A stretch of 64,000 nucleotides of DNA from contig NC_043025.1 of NCBI RefSeq assembly GCF_006345805.1, forward strand, positions 5,518,001 to 5,582,000, written 5' to 3'. The translations under genes were made by a program, and so were the position numbers. This stretch comes from Octopus sinensis (Eukaryota). Of this stretch, positions 36,401-48,060 are shown in pieces. Under the pieces are notes generated by a model that ran no database searches, was not told where the DNA came from, and was given only the letters and a program-made list of their open reading frames with translations. Every line of letters starts with the position of its first letter. Position 1 is the first letter of the stretch.

Positions 36401-39400
36401 TTATTTTTAGAATGACATTGTAGGGTAGGTGTGAGAGGCAGGATCTGGCCTTGTTTTGAATTAATCATGCATTATCTCATAGCTTTGAGATTTCAATGAT
36501 GTGATTGTTTATTTTTAGAATGACATTGTAGGGTAGGTGTGAGAGGCAGGATCTGGCCTTGTTTTGACTTAATCATGCATTATCTCATAGCTTTGAGATT
36601 TCAATGATGTGATTGTTTATTTTTAGAATGACATTGTAGGGTAGGTGTGAGAGGCAGGATCTGGCCTTGTTTTGAATTAATCATGCATTATCTCATAGCT
36701 TTGAGATTTCAATGATGTGATTGTTTATTTTTAGAATGACATTGTAGGGTAGGTGTGAGAGGCAGGATCTGGCCTTGTTTTGATTAATCATGCATTATCT
36801 CATAGCTTTGAGATTTCAATGATGTGATTGTTTATTTTTAGAATGACATTGTAGGGTAGGTGTGAGAGGCAGGATCTGGCCTTGTTTTGAATTAATCATG
36901 CATTATCTCATAGCTTTGAGATTTCAATGATGTGATTGTTTTTTTTTAGAATGACATTGTAGGGTAGGTGTGAGAGGCAGGATCTGGCCTTGTTTTGAAT
37001 TAATCATGCATTATCTCATAGCTTTGAGATTTCAATGATGTGATTGTTTATTTTTAGAATGACATTGTAGGGTAGGTGTGAGAGGCAGGATCTGGCCTTG
37101 TTTTGAATTAATCTTGCATTATCTCATAGCTTTGAGATTTCAATGATGTGATTGTTTATTTTTAGAATGACATTGTAGGGTAGGTGTGAAAGGCAGGATC
37201 TGGCCTTGTTTTGAATTAATCATGCATTATCTCATAGCTTTGAGATTTCAATGATGTGATTGTTTATTTTTAGAATGACATTGTAGGGTAGGTGTGAGAG
37301 GCAGGATCTGGCCTTGTTTTGAATTAATCATGCATTATCTCATAGCTTTGAGATTTCAATGATGTGATTGTTTATTTTTAGAATGACATTGTAGGGTAGG
37401 TGTGAGAGGCAGGATCTGGCCTTGTTTTGAATTAATCATGCATTATCTCATAGCTTTGAGATTTCAATGATTTGATTGTTTATTTTTAGAATGACATTGT
37501 AGGGTAGGTGTGAGAGGCAGGATCTGGCCTTCTTTTGAATTAATCATGCATTATCTCATAGCTTTGAGATTTCAATGATGTGATTGTTTATTTTTAGAAT
37601 GACATTGTAGGGTAGGTGTGAGAGGCTGGATCTGGCCTTGTTTTGAATTAATCATGCATTATCTCATAGCTTTGAGATTTCAATGATGTGATTGTTTATT
37701 TTTAGAATGACATTGTAGGGTAGGTGTGAGAGGCTGGATCTGGCCTTGTTTTGAATTAATCATGCATTATCTCATAGCTTTGAGATTTCAATGATGTGAT
37801 TGTTTATTTTTAGAATGTCATTGTAGGGTAGGTGTGAGAGGCAGGATCTGGCCTTGTTTTGAATTAATCATGCATTATCTCATAGCTATGAGATTCAAAT
37901 GATGTGATTGTTTATTTTTAGAATGACATTGTTGGGTAGGTGTGAGAGGCTGGATCTGGCCTTGTTTTGAATTAATCATGCATTATCTCATAGCTTTGAG
38001 ATTTCAATGATGTGATTGTTTATTTTTAGAATGACATTGTAGGGTAGGTGTGAGAGGCTGGATCTGGCCTTGTTTTGAATTAATCATGCATTATCTCATA
38101 GCTTTGAGATTTCAATGATGTGATTGTTTATTTTTAGAATGGCATTGTAGGGTAGGTGTGAGAGGCTGGATCTGGCCTTGTTTTGAATTAATCATGCATT
38201 ATCTCATAGCTTTGAGATTTCAATGATGTGATTGTTTATTTTTAGAATGACATTGTAGGGTAGGTGTGAGAGGCTGGATCTGGCCTTGTTTTGAATTAAT
38301 CATGCATTATCTCATAGCTTTGGATTCAAATGATGTGATTGTTTTATTTAGAATGACATTGTAGGGTAGGTGTGAGAGGCAGGATCTGGCCTTGTTTTGA
38401 ATTAATCATGCATTATCTCATAGCTTTGAGATTTCAATGATGTGATTGTTTATTTTAGAATGACATTGTAGGGTAGGTGTGAGAGGCTGGATCTGGCCTC
38501 GTTTTGAATTAATCATGCATTATCTCATAGCTTTGAGATTCAAATGATGTGATTGTTTATATTTAGAATGACATTGTAGGGTAGGTGTGAGAGGCAGGAT
38601 CTGGCCTTGTTTTGAATTAATCATGCATTATCTCATAGCTTTGAGATTCAAATGATGTGATTGTTTATATTTAGAATGACATTGTAGGGTAGGTGTGAGA
38701 GGCAGGATCTGGCCTCGTTTTGAATTAATCATGCATTATCTCATAGCTTTGAGATTTCAATGATGTGATTGTTTATTTTTAGAATGACATTGTAGGGTAG
38801 GTGTGAGAGGCAGGATCTGGCCTTGTTTTGAATTAATCATGCATTATCTCATAGCTTTGAGATTTCAATGATGTGATTGTTTATATTTAGAATGACATTG
38901 TAGGGTAGGTGTGAGAGGCTGGATCTGGCCTGTATTGAATTAAACATGCATTATCTCATAGCTTTGAGATTCCAATGACGTGATTGTTTATTTTAGAATG
39001 ACATTGTAGGGTAGGTGTGAGAGGCTGGATCTGGCCTTGTTTTGAATTAACATGCATTACCTCATAGCTTTGTGATTTCAATGATGAGATTGCATATTTT
39101 AAGAATGACATTGTAGGGTAGGTGTGAGAGGCAGGATCTGGCCTTGTTTTGAATTAATCATGCATTATCTCATAGCTTTGAGATTCCAATGATGTGATTG
39201 TTTATATTTAGAATGACATTGTAGGGTAGGTGTGAAGAGGCTGGATCTGGCCTTGTTTTGAATTAATCATGCATTATCTCATAGCTTTGAGATTTCAATG
39301 ATGTGATTGTTTATTTTTAGAATGACATTGTAGGGTAGGTGTGAGAGCAGGATCTGGCCTTGTTTTGATTAATCATGCATTATCTCATAGCTTTGAGATT

Positions 39401-42330
39401 TCAATGATGTGATTGTTTATTTTTAGAATGACATTGTAGGGTAGGTGTGAGAGGCAGGATCTGGCCTTGTTTTGAATTAATCATGCATTATCTCATAGCT
39501 TTGAGATTTCAATGATGTGATTGTTTATTTTTAGAATGACATTGTAGGGTAGGTGTGAGAGGCAGGATCTGCCTTGTTTTGAATTAATCCTGCATTATCT
39601 CATAGCTTTGAGATTTCAATGATGTGATTGTTTATTTTTAGAATGACATTGTAGGGTAGGTGTGAGAGGCAGGATCTGGCCTTGTTTTGAATTAATCATG
39701 CATTATCTCATAGCTTTGAGATTTCAATGATGTGATTGTTTATTTTTAGAATGACATTGTAGGGTAGGTGTGAGAGGCAGGATCTGGCCTTGTTTTGACT
39801 TAATCATGCATTATCTCATAGCTTTGAGATTTCAATGATGTGATTGTTTATTTTTAGAATGACATTGTAGGGTAGGTGTGAGAGGCAGGATCTGGCCTTG
39901 TTTTGAATTAATCATGCATTATCTCATAGCTTCGAGATTTCAATGATGTGATTGTTTATTTTTAGAATGACATTGTAGGGTAGGTGTGAGAGGCAGGATC
40001 TGGCCTTGTTTTGAATTATCATGCATTATCTCATAGCTTTGAGATTTCAATGATGTGATTGTTTATTTTTAGAATGACATTGTAGGTAGGTGTGAGAGGC
40101 AGGATCTGGCCTTGTTTTGAATTAATCATGCATTATCTCATAGCTTTGAGATTTCAATGATGTGATTGTTTTTTTTTTAGAATGACATTGTAGGGTAGGT
40201 GTGAGAGGCAGGATCTGGCCTTGTTTTTGAATTAATCATGCATTATCTCATAGCTTTGAGATTTCAATGATGTGATTGTTTTTTTTTTAGAATGACATTG
40301 TAGGGTAGGTGTGAGAGGCAGGATCTGCCTTGTTTTGAATTAATCTTGCATTATCTCATAGCTTTGAGATTTCAATGATGTGATTGTTTATTTTTTTAGA
40401 ATGACATTGTAGGGTAGGTGTGAAGGCAGGATCTGGCCTTGTTTTGATTAATCATGCATTATCTCATAGCTTTGAGATTCAATGATGTGATTGTTTATTT
40501 TTAGAATGACATTGTAGGGTAGGTGTGAGAGGCTGGATCTGGCCTTGTTTTGAATTAATCATGCATTATCTCATAGCTTTGAGATTTCAATGATGTGATT
40601 GTTTATTTTTAGAATGTCATTGTAGGGTAGGTGTGAGAGGCAGGATCTGGCCTTGTTTTGAATTAATCATGCATTATCTCATAGCTATGAGATTCAATGA
40701 TGTGATTGTTTATTTTTAGAATGACATTGTTGGGTAGGTGTGAGAGGCTGGATCTGGCCTTGTTTTGAATTAATCATGCATTATCTCATAGCTTTGAGAT
40801 TTCAATGATGTGATTGTTTATTTTAGAATGACATTGTAGGGTAGGTGTGAGAGGCTGGATCGGCCTTGTTTTGAATTAATCATGCATTATCTCATAGCTT
40901 TGAGATTTCAATGATGTGATTGTTTATTTTTAGAATGGCATTGTAGGGTAGGTGTGAGAGGCTGGATCTGGCCTTGTTTTGAATTAATCATGCATTATCT
41001 CATAGCTTTGAGATTTCAATGATGTGATTGTTTATTTTTAGAATGACATTGTAGGGTAGGTGTGAGAGGCTGGATCTGGCCTTGTTTTGAATTAATCATG
41101 CATTATCTCATAGCTTTGAGATTCAAATGATGTGATTGTTTATTTTTAGAATGACATTGTAGGGTAGGTGTGAGAGGCAGGATCTGGCCTTGTTTTGAAT
41201 TAATCATGCATTATCTCATAGCTTTGAGATTTCAATGATGTGATTGTTTATTTTAGAATGACATTGTAGGGTAGGTGTGAGAGGCTGGATCTGGCCTCGT
41301 TTTGAATTAATCATGCATTATCTCATAGCTTTGAGATTCAAATGATGTGATTGTTTATATTTAGAATGACATTGTAGGGTAGGTGTGAGAGGCAGGATCT
41401 GGCCTTGTTTTGAATTAATCATGCATTATCTCATAGCTTTGAGATTCAAATGATGTGATTGTTTATATTTAGAATGACATTGTAGGGTAGGTGTGAGAGG
41501 CAGGATCTGGCCTTGTTTTGAATTAATCATGCATTATCTCATAGCTTTGAGATTCAAATGATGTGATTGTTTATATTTAGAATGACATTGTAGGGTAGGT
41601 GTGAGAGGCAGGATCTGGCCTCGTTTTGAATTAATCATGCATTATCTCATAGCTTTGAGATTTCAATGATGTGATTGTTATTTTAGAATGACATTGTAGG
41701 GTAGGTGTGAGAGGCAGGATCTGGCCTTGTTTTGAATTAATCATGCATTATCTCATAGCTTTGAGATTTCAATGATGTGATTGTTTATATTTAGAATGAC
41801 ATTGTAGGGTAGGTGTGAGAGGCTGGATCTGGCCTTGTATTGAATTAAACATGCATTATCTCATAGCTTTGAGATTCCAATGACGTGATTGTTTATATTT
41901 AGAATGACATTGTAGGGTAGGTGTGAGAGGCTGGATCTGGCCTTGTTTTGAATTAAACATGCATTACCTCATAGCTTTGTGATTTCAATGATGAGATTGC
42001 ATATTTTAAGAATGACATTGTAGGGTAGGTGTGAGAGGCAGGATCTGGCCTTGTTTTGAATTAATCATGCATTATCTCATAGCTTTGAGATTCCAATGAT
42101 GTGATTGTTTATATTTAGAATGACATTGTAGGGTAGGTGTGAGAGGCTGGATCTGGCCTTGTTTTGAATTAATCATGCATTATCTCATAGCTTTGAGATT
42201 CCAATGATGTGATTGTTTATATTTAGAATGACATTGTAGGGTAGGTGTGAGAGGCAGGATCTGGCCTTGTTTTGAATTAATCATGCATTATCTCATAGCT
42301 TTGAGATTCCAATGATGTGATTGTTTATTT
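33430..42330 (+). repeat. 108-bp satellite array (~75 monomers) in TMEM120 intron 3
   Basis: Period of 108 measured (e.g. 36241 to 36349). Monomer TGAATTAATCATGCATTATCTCATAGCTTTGAGATTTCAATGATGTGATTGTTTATTTTTAGAATGACATTGTAGGGTAGGTGTGAGAGGCAGGATCTGGCCTTGTTT. Confidence 0.98.
33760..34515 (-). mobile_element. CR1/L2-type LINE 3' fragment with (TAAC)n tail, inserted in the 108-bp satellite
   Basis: LYVTLVRPILEYG...LERVQKLATR...SYEERLRTLDLYSLEKRRRRGDLI; frameshifted upstream. Possible AATTA TSD. Confidence 0.92.
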
Positions 42331-43499
42331 ATGTAATCGACTTGACTCCTTTGTCTGTCCTTGTTTGTCCCCTCTATGTTTAGTCCCTTTTGGGCAATAA
42401 AGAAATAAGTATTTTGTCTGTCTTTATGTTCTGAGTTCAAATTCCGCTGAGGTCGACTTTGCCTTTCATCCTTTCGGGGTTGATGAAATAAGTACCAGTT
42501 ATGCACTGGGGTCAATGTAATCGACCCAGATTTCAGGCCTTGTGCCTACAGTAGAATGAAGTGTCTTGTAACTTTGAGCTCCCAGTGAGGCAATTGTTTA
42601 TTTTTAGAATGACATTGTAAGGTCGGTGCAAGAGGTTGGATGTGGCCAGGTTGAACATAAAACAATATTTGGGCCAGATATGGTCAGTTTAAATGCTAAA
42701 AGGTCAATGGGAAAATGTGAAGCCATGCAACATGTTTATCTGGGTCTTTTTGTTACATTTTGGCTGTGTGGTAAGTAGCTTGCTAACCAACCACATGGTT
42801 CCGGGTTCAGTTCCACTGCGTGGCATCTTGAGCAAGTGTCTTCTGCTATAGCCTCGGGCCGACCAATGCCTTGTGAGTGGATTTGGTAGACAGAGACTGA
42901 AAGAAGCCCGTCGTATATATGTATATATATATATATGTGTGTGTTTGTGTGTCTGTGTTTGTCCCCATAGTATTGCTTGACAACCGATGCTGGTGTGTTT
43001 ATGTCCCCGTTACTTAGCGGTTCGGCAAAAGAGACCGATAGAATAAGTACTGGGCTTACAAAGAATAAGTCCCGGGTCGAGTTGCTTGATTAAAGGCGGT
43101 GCTCCAGCATGGCCGCAGTCAAATGACTGAAACAAGTAAAAGAGTAAAGAGTAATTGTTTGCACGTGTTGTCCGTGTGCTTACATATTTGGGTGTTTGTC
43201 TGTGTTCTTGTCAATGGACACCGTTCCTCGTTAGCAACCATATAGATACATGTGGTGCATGGGACTTCATTGTAACATTTCAGTTCCTCTGAATTCAGCA
43301 TTTTTTCTCCCCCTATGAACCCTTTCGATTTCTATTTTACATGGATTGACCTCCATAGCTATTCGATGTTTAAAAAAAAATCGTATAATATATTCATAAT
43401 TAAATATTATTAGGAAGTGTAAAAAAATAATTAAATATTTTGCGTATTGTTGAAGTATAAACAAAATACTTACACATAAGCTTTAACAAGATCTTATAT

Positions 43500-43997
43500 G
43501 GACCCCCAAGAGTCATCTGGACGCCTGAGAGTCGTATGAACCCCCGAGAGTCGTACGAACTCCCGAGAGTCGTACGAACCCCCGAGAGTCGTACGAACCC
43601 CCGAGAGTCGTACGAACCCCCGAGAGTCGTACGAACCCCCGAGAGTCGTACGAACCCCCGAGAGTCGTATGAACCCCCGAGAGTTGTACGAACCCCCGAG
43701 AGTTGTACGAACCCCCGAGAGTCGTACGAAACCCCCCCCCCTCGAGTATTCTATCCCCCCCCCCCGAGAGTCGTACGAACCCCCCCGAGAGTCGTACGAA
43801 CCCCCCTGAGAGTCGTACGAACCCTCCCAAGAGTCGTACAAACCCCCCGAGAGTCGTACGGACACTCCCGAGAGTCGTACGAACCCCCCCCCCCCCCCCG
43901 AGAGTCGTACGACCCCCCCTCCGAGAGTCGTATGGGACCCCGCCGAGAGTCATGCAGACCCTACGAGAGTCGTACGGACCCTGGTTAAGAACCACTA
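43500..43997. repeat. 19-bp minisatellite ending in a hAT-like TIR
   Basis: Unit CGAACCCCCGAGAGTCGTA; ends CCCTGGTTAAGAACCACTA. Second array at 48310-48790 ends TTCAACCACTG. Confidence 0.9.
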
Positions 43998-44503
43998 TTT
44001 TCACTTAATCTGTCACTGATTTGACCCCCATCCCCTCCTACTTAATTCCTTAATTCCTGGGGCATTTAGACTTGGGAATCCTTTCAGCTACAGGAAATCC
44101 AATCAGGTGTTCCTCACAATAAATCATTAAAAAAAAATCATCTAGTTTTGCCAGAGTATTCCAAGTGAGTATCTGTTATCTTGTTTCAATCATTGAACTG
44201 CGACCCTGCTGGGGCACCACCTTGAAGGTTTTCAGTTGAACGAATCAGCCCCACTACTTAAAGGATACATATGCTCATATTCTGAATTCTAATTTTTCCT
44301 GTTTGCATATACATACATACATACACATGTATAAATATATAGGTGCAGGAGTGGCTGTGTGGTAAGAAGCTTGCTTCCCAACCACATGGTTCCGGGTTCA
44401 GTCCTGCTGTGTGGCACCTTGGGCAAGTGTCTTCTACTATAGCCTTGGGCTGATCAGAGCTTTGTGAATGGATTTGGTAGATGGAAACTGAAAGAAGTCT
44501 GTC

Positions 44504-44549
<46 letters not shown>

Positions 44550-44697
44550 GACAGACTTCTCAAGATTAATCAGCCGAAATTACTACGATGATCCGGTTCT
44601 TGACTGAAGACTGAGGGGTTCGAATGTCCTGTCCATGTTTATTGTATCGTCTTCTATGAGTTATACGTTCTTGTCCATGTTGTATTTTTCCACATAC

Positions 44698-44733
<36 letters not shown>

Positions 44734-44829
44734 CGGGAAGGTTTACGAAAATAAACAAAAGACGAAGGCAGGTGGAGTACAAACAAACAAATGTATTAGT
44801 ATAGCGCTCAGGAATAGAAATAGAAAAAG

Positions 44830-44867
44830 TCTTTTACGTTTCGAGCCTACGCTCTTCGACAGAAAGA
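44830..44867 (-). ncRNA. Type I minimal hammerhead-like motif, core variant CUGUCGA
   Basis: Minus strand reads TCTTT-CTGTCGA-A-GAGC(GTAG)GCTC-GAAAC-GTA-AAAGA. Stems I and II are perfect; stem III is palindromic ACGT. Confidence 0.55.
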
Positions 44868-45164
44868 TACACAGAAAAAAAACAAGGAGAGAAAAAAATG
44901 CATGTAGGAGAAAATATATATATATATACACACACACACACATATATATACATACATATAAAAGTGTGTGTACATAAGTGTGTATCTTTTTTCCCCCCAT
45001 CACTCGGCAACCAATGTTTTGTTTATATCCCTGTAACTTAGCAGTTTGTCAAAAGTGACTGATAGAATAAGTACTGAGCTTACAATGAATAAGTCCTGGG
45101 GTCGATTTCTTTGACTAAAAAACCCTTCAAGCTGAAACGTGTAAAAGAATGTACACACTCACAC

Positions 45165-45215
<51 letters not shown>

Positions 45216-47480
45216 GTGCTTCCTTCAGTTTCTGTCAATAAAATCCACTCACAAGGCTTTGGCCAGTCTGGGCTAGTGCCATGCAGTGGGGCTGAACCTG
45301 GAACCATGTGGTTGGTAAGTAATCTTACCACACAACAATGCCAGCACCTTAGTCTCCCCATGCGATGCACTATTTGTGCACAACTGCACTAAAGTGTTGC
45401 AGCACACGTCGGAAAGCATTTCATCGAAGAATATGGTTCTTCTATTAATAAATCAAGGCACAGGAGTGGCTGTGTGGTAAGTAGCTTGCTTACCAACCAC
45501 GTGGTTCTGGGTTCAGTTCCACTGCGTGGCACCTTGGGCAAGTGTCTTCTACTACAGCCTCGGGCCGACCAAAGCCTTGTGAATGGATTTGGTAGACGGA
45601 AACTGAAAGAAGCCCGTCGTATATATGTATGTTTTCTGTATGTATGTGTGTGAGCGTGTATGTTTGTGTGTCTGTGTTTGTCCCCCTAGCATTGCTTGAC
45701 AACCGATGCTGGTATGTGTACGTCCCCGTCACTTAGCGGTTCGGCAAAGGAGACCGATAGAATAAGTACTGGGCTTACAAAGAATAAGTCCCGGAGTCGA
45801 TTTGCTCGACTAAAGGCGGTGCTCCAGCATGGCCGCAGTCGAATGACTGAAACAAGTAAAAGAGTAAAGGATGGTCTTCTCTGGAATGTCTCCTGGATCC
45901 ATTTGATCAGCTCTCACCTGGTGCTAAACAAAAATTGCTCCAGGAAAATCGCTGTCGAACAGGAGACGACAAACAGGGGACGATATTAAAAGGGATTTCA
46001 CTTATAAATTTATATATTTTCAGGAAGCTCTTTACTGCCTTGTCTATACTTCACCTTCCTGCAACACACCCCCTTCTTTTATATTTGAACTTCAGTATAC
46101 CAAGGTAAACTTTATAGCCACATAAAGCTTTCTCAGCCTCTACGCTCCATCCCATCATCCCCTCCTTATTTTATCTTCCATCTTTTTACCTTGCAATTAA
46201 TATATTTCCTCCGCAGTCCTTCTGATATGTTATTACTACTGCATCACTACTGCAGTTTCGATACCGCTGCATTGTTACTGCCACTTTGATACTGCTGCGA
46301 TGTTACCACTGCATTGATACCATTGCATTGTTTCCGCTGTATTACCGCTTATTCGTTACCGCATCCTTGCTGCTTTTACCAAGCTTTTTTTAACCCTTAA
46401 CCCTTTAGCATTTAAACCGGCCATATCCGGCCAAAATATTCTCCCTTGTTTTATGTTCAAATTGGCCAGATCTGGCTTCTCACACCAGCCCTACTATATA
46501 ATTCTTGGCTGTGTGGTAAGTAGCTTGCTTACCAACCACATGTTTCCGGGTTCAGTCCCACTGCATGGCACCTTGGGCAAGTGTCTTCTACTATAGCCTC
46601 GGGCCGACCAATGCCTTGTGAGTGGATTTGGTAGACGGAAACTAAAAGAAGCCTGTCGTATATATGTATATATATATATGTGTATGTGTGTGTGTTTGTG
46701 TGTCTGTGTTTGTTCTCCTAGCATTGCTTGACAACCGATGCTGGTGTGTTTACGTCCCCGTCACTTAGCGGTTCGGCAAAAAGAGACCGATAGAATAAGT
46801 ACTGGGCTTACAAAAAAGAATAAGTCCCGGGGTCAAGTTGCTCGACTAAAGGCGGTGCTCCAGCATGGCTGCAGTCAAATAACTGAAACAAGTAAAAGAG
46901 TAAAAGAGTAAAGAGTATTACTTTTGACAGAATAATGTGAATACACCTTGACTGGCTTCTGTGCTGGTGGCACGTAAAAAGCACCATCCGATCATGGCCG
47001 TCTGCCAGCCTTGCCTGGCCTCCGTGCCGGTGGCACGTAAAAAGCACCAACTGATCGTGGCCATTGCCAGCCTCCCCTGGCACCTGTGCCAGTGGCACGT
47101 AAAAAGCACCCATTACACTCATGGAGTGGTTGGCGTTAGGAAGGGCATCCAGCTGTAGAAACGCTTCCAGATCAGACTGGAGCCTGGTGCAGCCTCCTGG
47201 CTTCCCAGATCCCCGGTCGAACGTCCAACCCATGCTAGCATGGAAAGCGGACGTTAAATGATGATGATGAGGTTCAATGTTAATCAAAGGAAGTCGTAAG
47301 TCTCCTCTTCGACTCATTGCATAATTATTTCGTTGCTTCGTCAGCAATTGCGGCATTGCACCAAATCCTTTGTATAATTTCTTTGGCATTCAGTCGGTTA
47401 TGACGACGAGGGTTCCAGTTGATCCGATCAACGGAACAGCCTGCTTGTGAAAGTAATGTGTAAGCGGTTCAGACATGTGT

Positions 47481-48060
47481 ACCCTTAATGAAATTCTCAG
47501 GGAGATTCAGTGTGACACAGTATGTGACAAGGCTGGCCCGAAGATTCTGGGGCATATGGCGTAGTGGTTAAGAGCGCAAGCTACTAACCCCAAGATTCCG
47601 AGTTCGATTCCAAGTGACCTGAACACTAACAATAATAATATTGAAAAATACCTTAGGAATGAGAGCCCAGGTTTGAAATTTCCCCAAGACACCTGATGAA
47701 GGCTGGAGGGTTTATCAGCCGAAAGGTTGTGTTAACAACAAAACACCCTTAATGAAATTCTCAGGGAGATTCAGGGTGACAAAGTATGTGACAAGGCTGG
47801 CCCCAAGATTCCGGGGTATATGGCGTAGTGGTTAAGAGCACGGGCTACTAACCCCAAGATTCCGAGTTCGATTCCAAGTGACCTGAACACTAACAATAAT
47901 AATATTAATAATGATATTGAAAAATACCTTAGGAATGAGAGCCCAGGTTTGAAATTTCCCGAAGACACCTGATGAAGGATGGAGGGTTTATCAGCCGAAA
48001 GGTTGTGTTAACAACAAACAAGATGAGGACAAATATCCATCGAATGTAAATTATGTAAAT
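47481..48060 (+). mobile_element. Tandem pair of a tRNA-headed element ending in a hammerhead motif (264-bp period)
   Basis: TGGCGTAGTGG (A box) and GAGTTCGATTCC (B box), AT-rich spacer, then GACAC-CTGATGA...GAAA. Duplicated together with part of a flanking SINE. Confidence 0.75.
47688..47733 (+). ncRNA. Type I minimal hammerhead ribozyme motif (stem III mutated)
   Basis: Stem I GACAC/GTGTT, core CTGATGA + extra A, stem II GGCTG/CAGCC, then GAAAG-GTT (canonical GAAAC-GTH). Second copy at 47964-48009. Confidence 0.65.

Noticed and set aside
33430-42330. CRISPR-like appearance of regular arrays (also 23488-24680, 28935-29835)
   Set aside because: Units are contiguous with no unique spacers, there are no cas genes, and the context is a eukaryotic intron.
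44570-44640. CTGAAGA...TTCGAA possible additional hammerhead
   Set aside because: I could not form convincing stems I-III; probably a decayed Penelope-like terminus.
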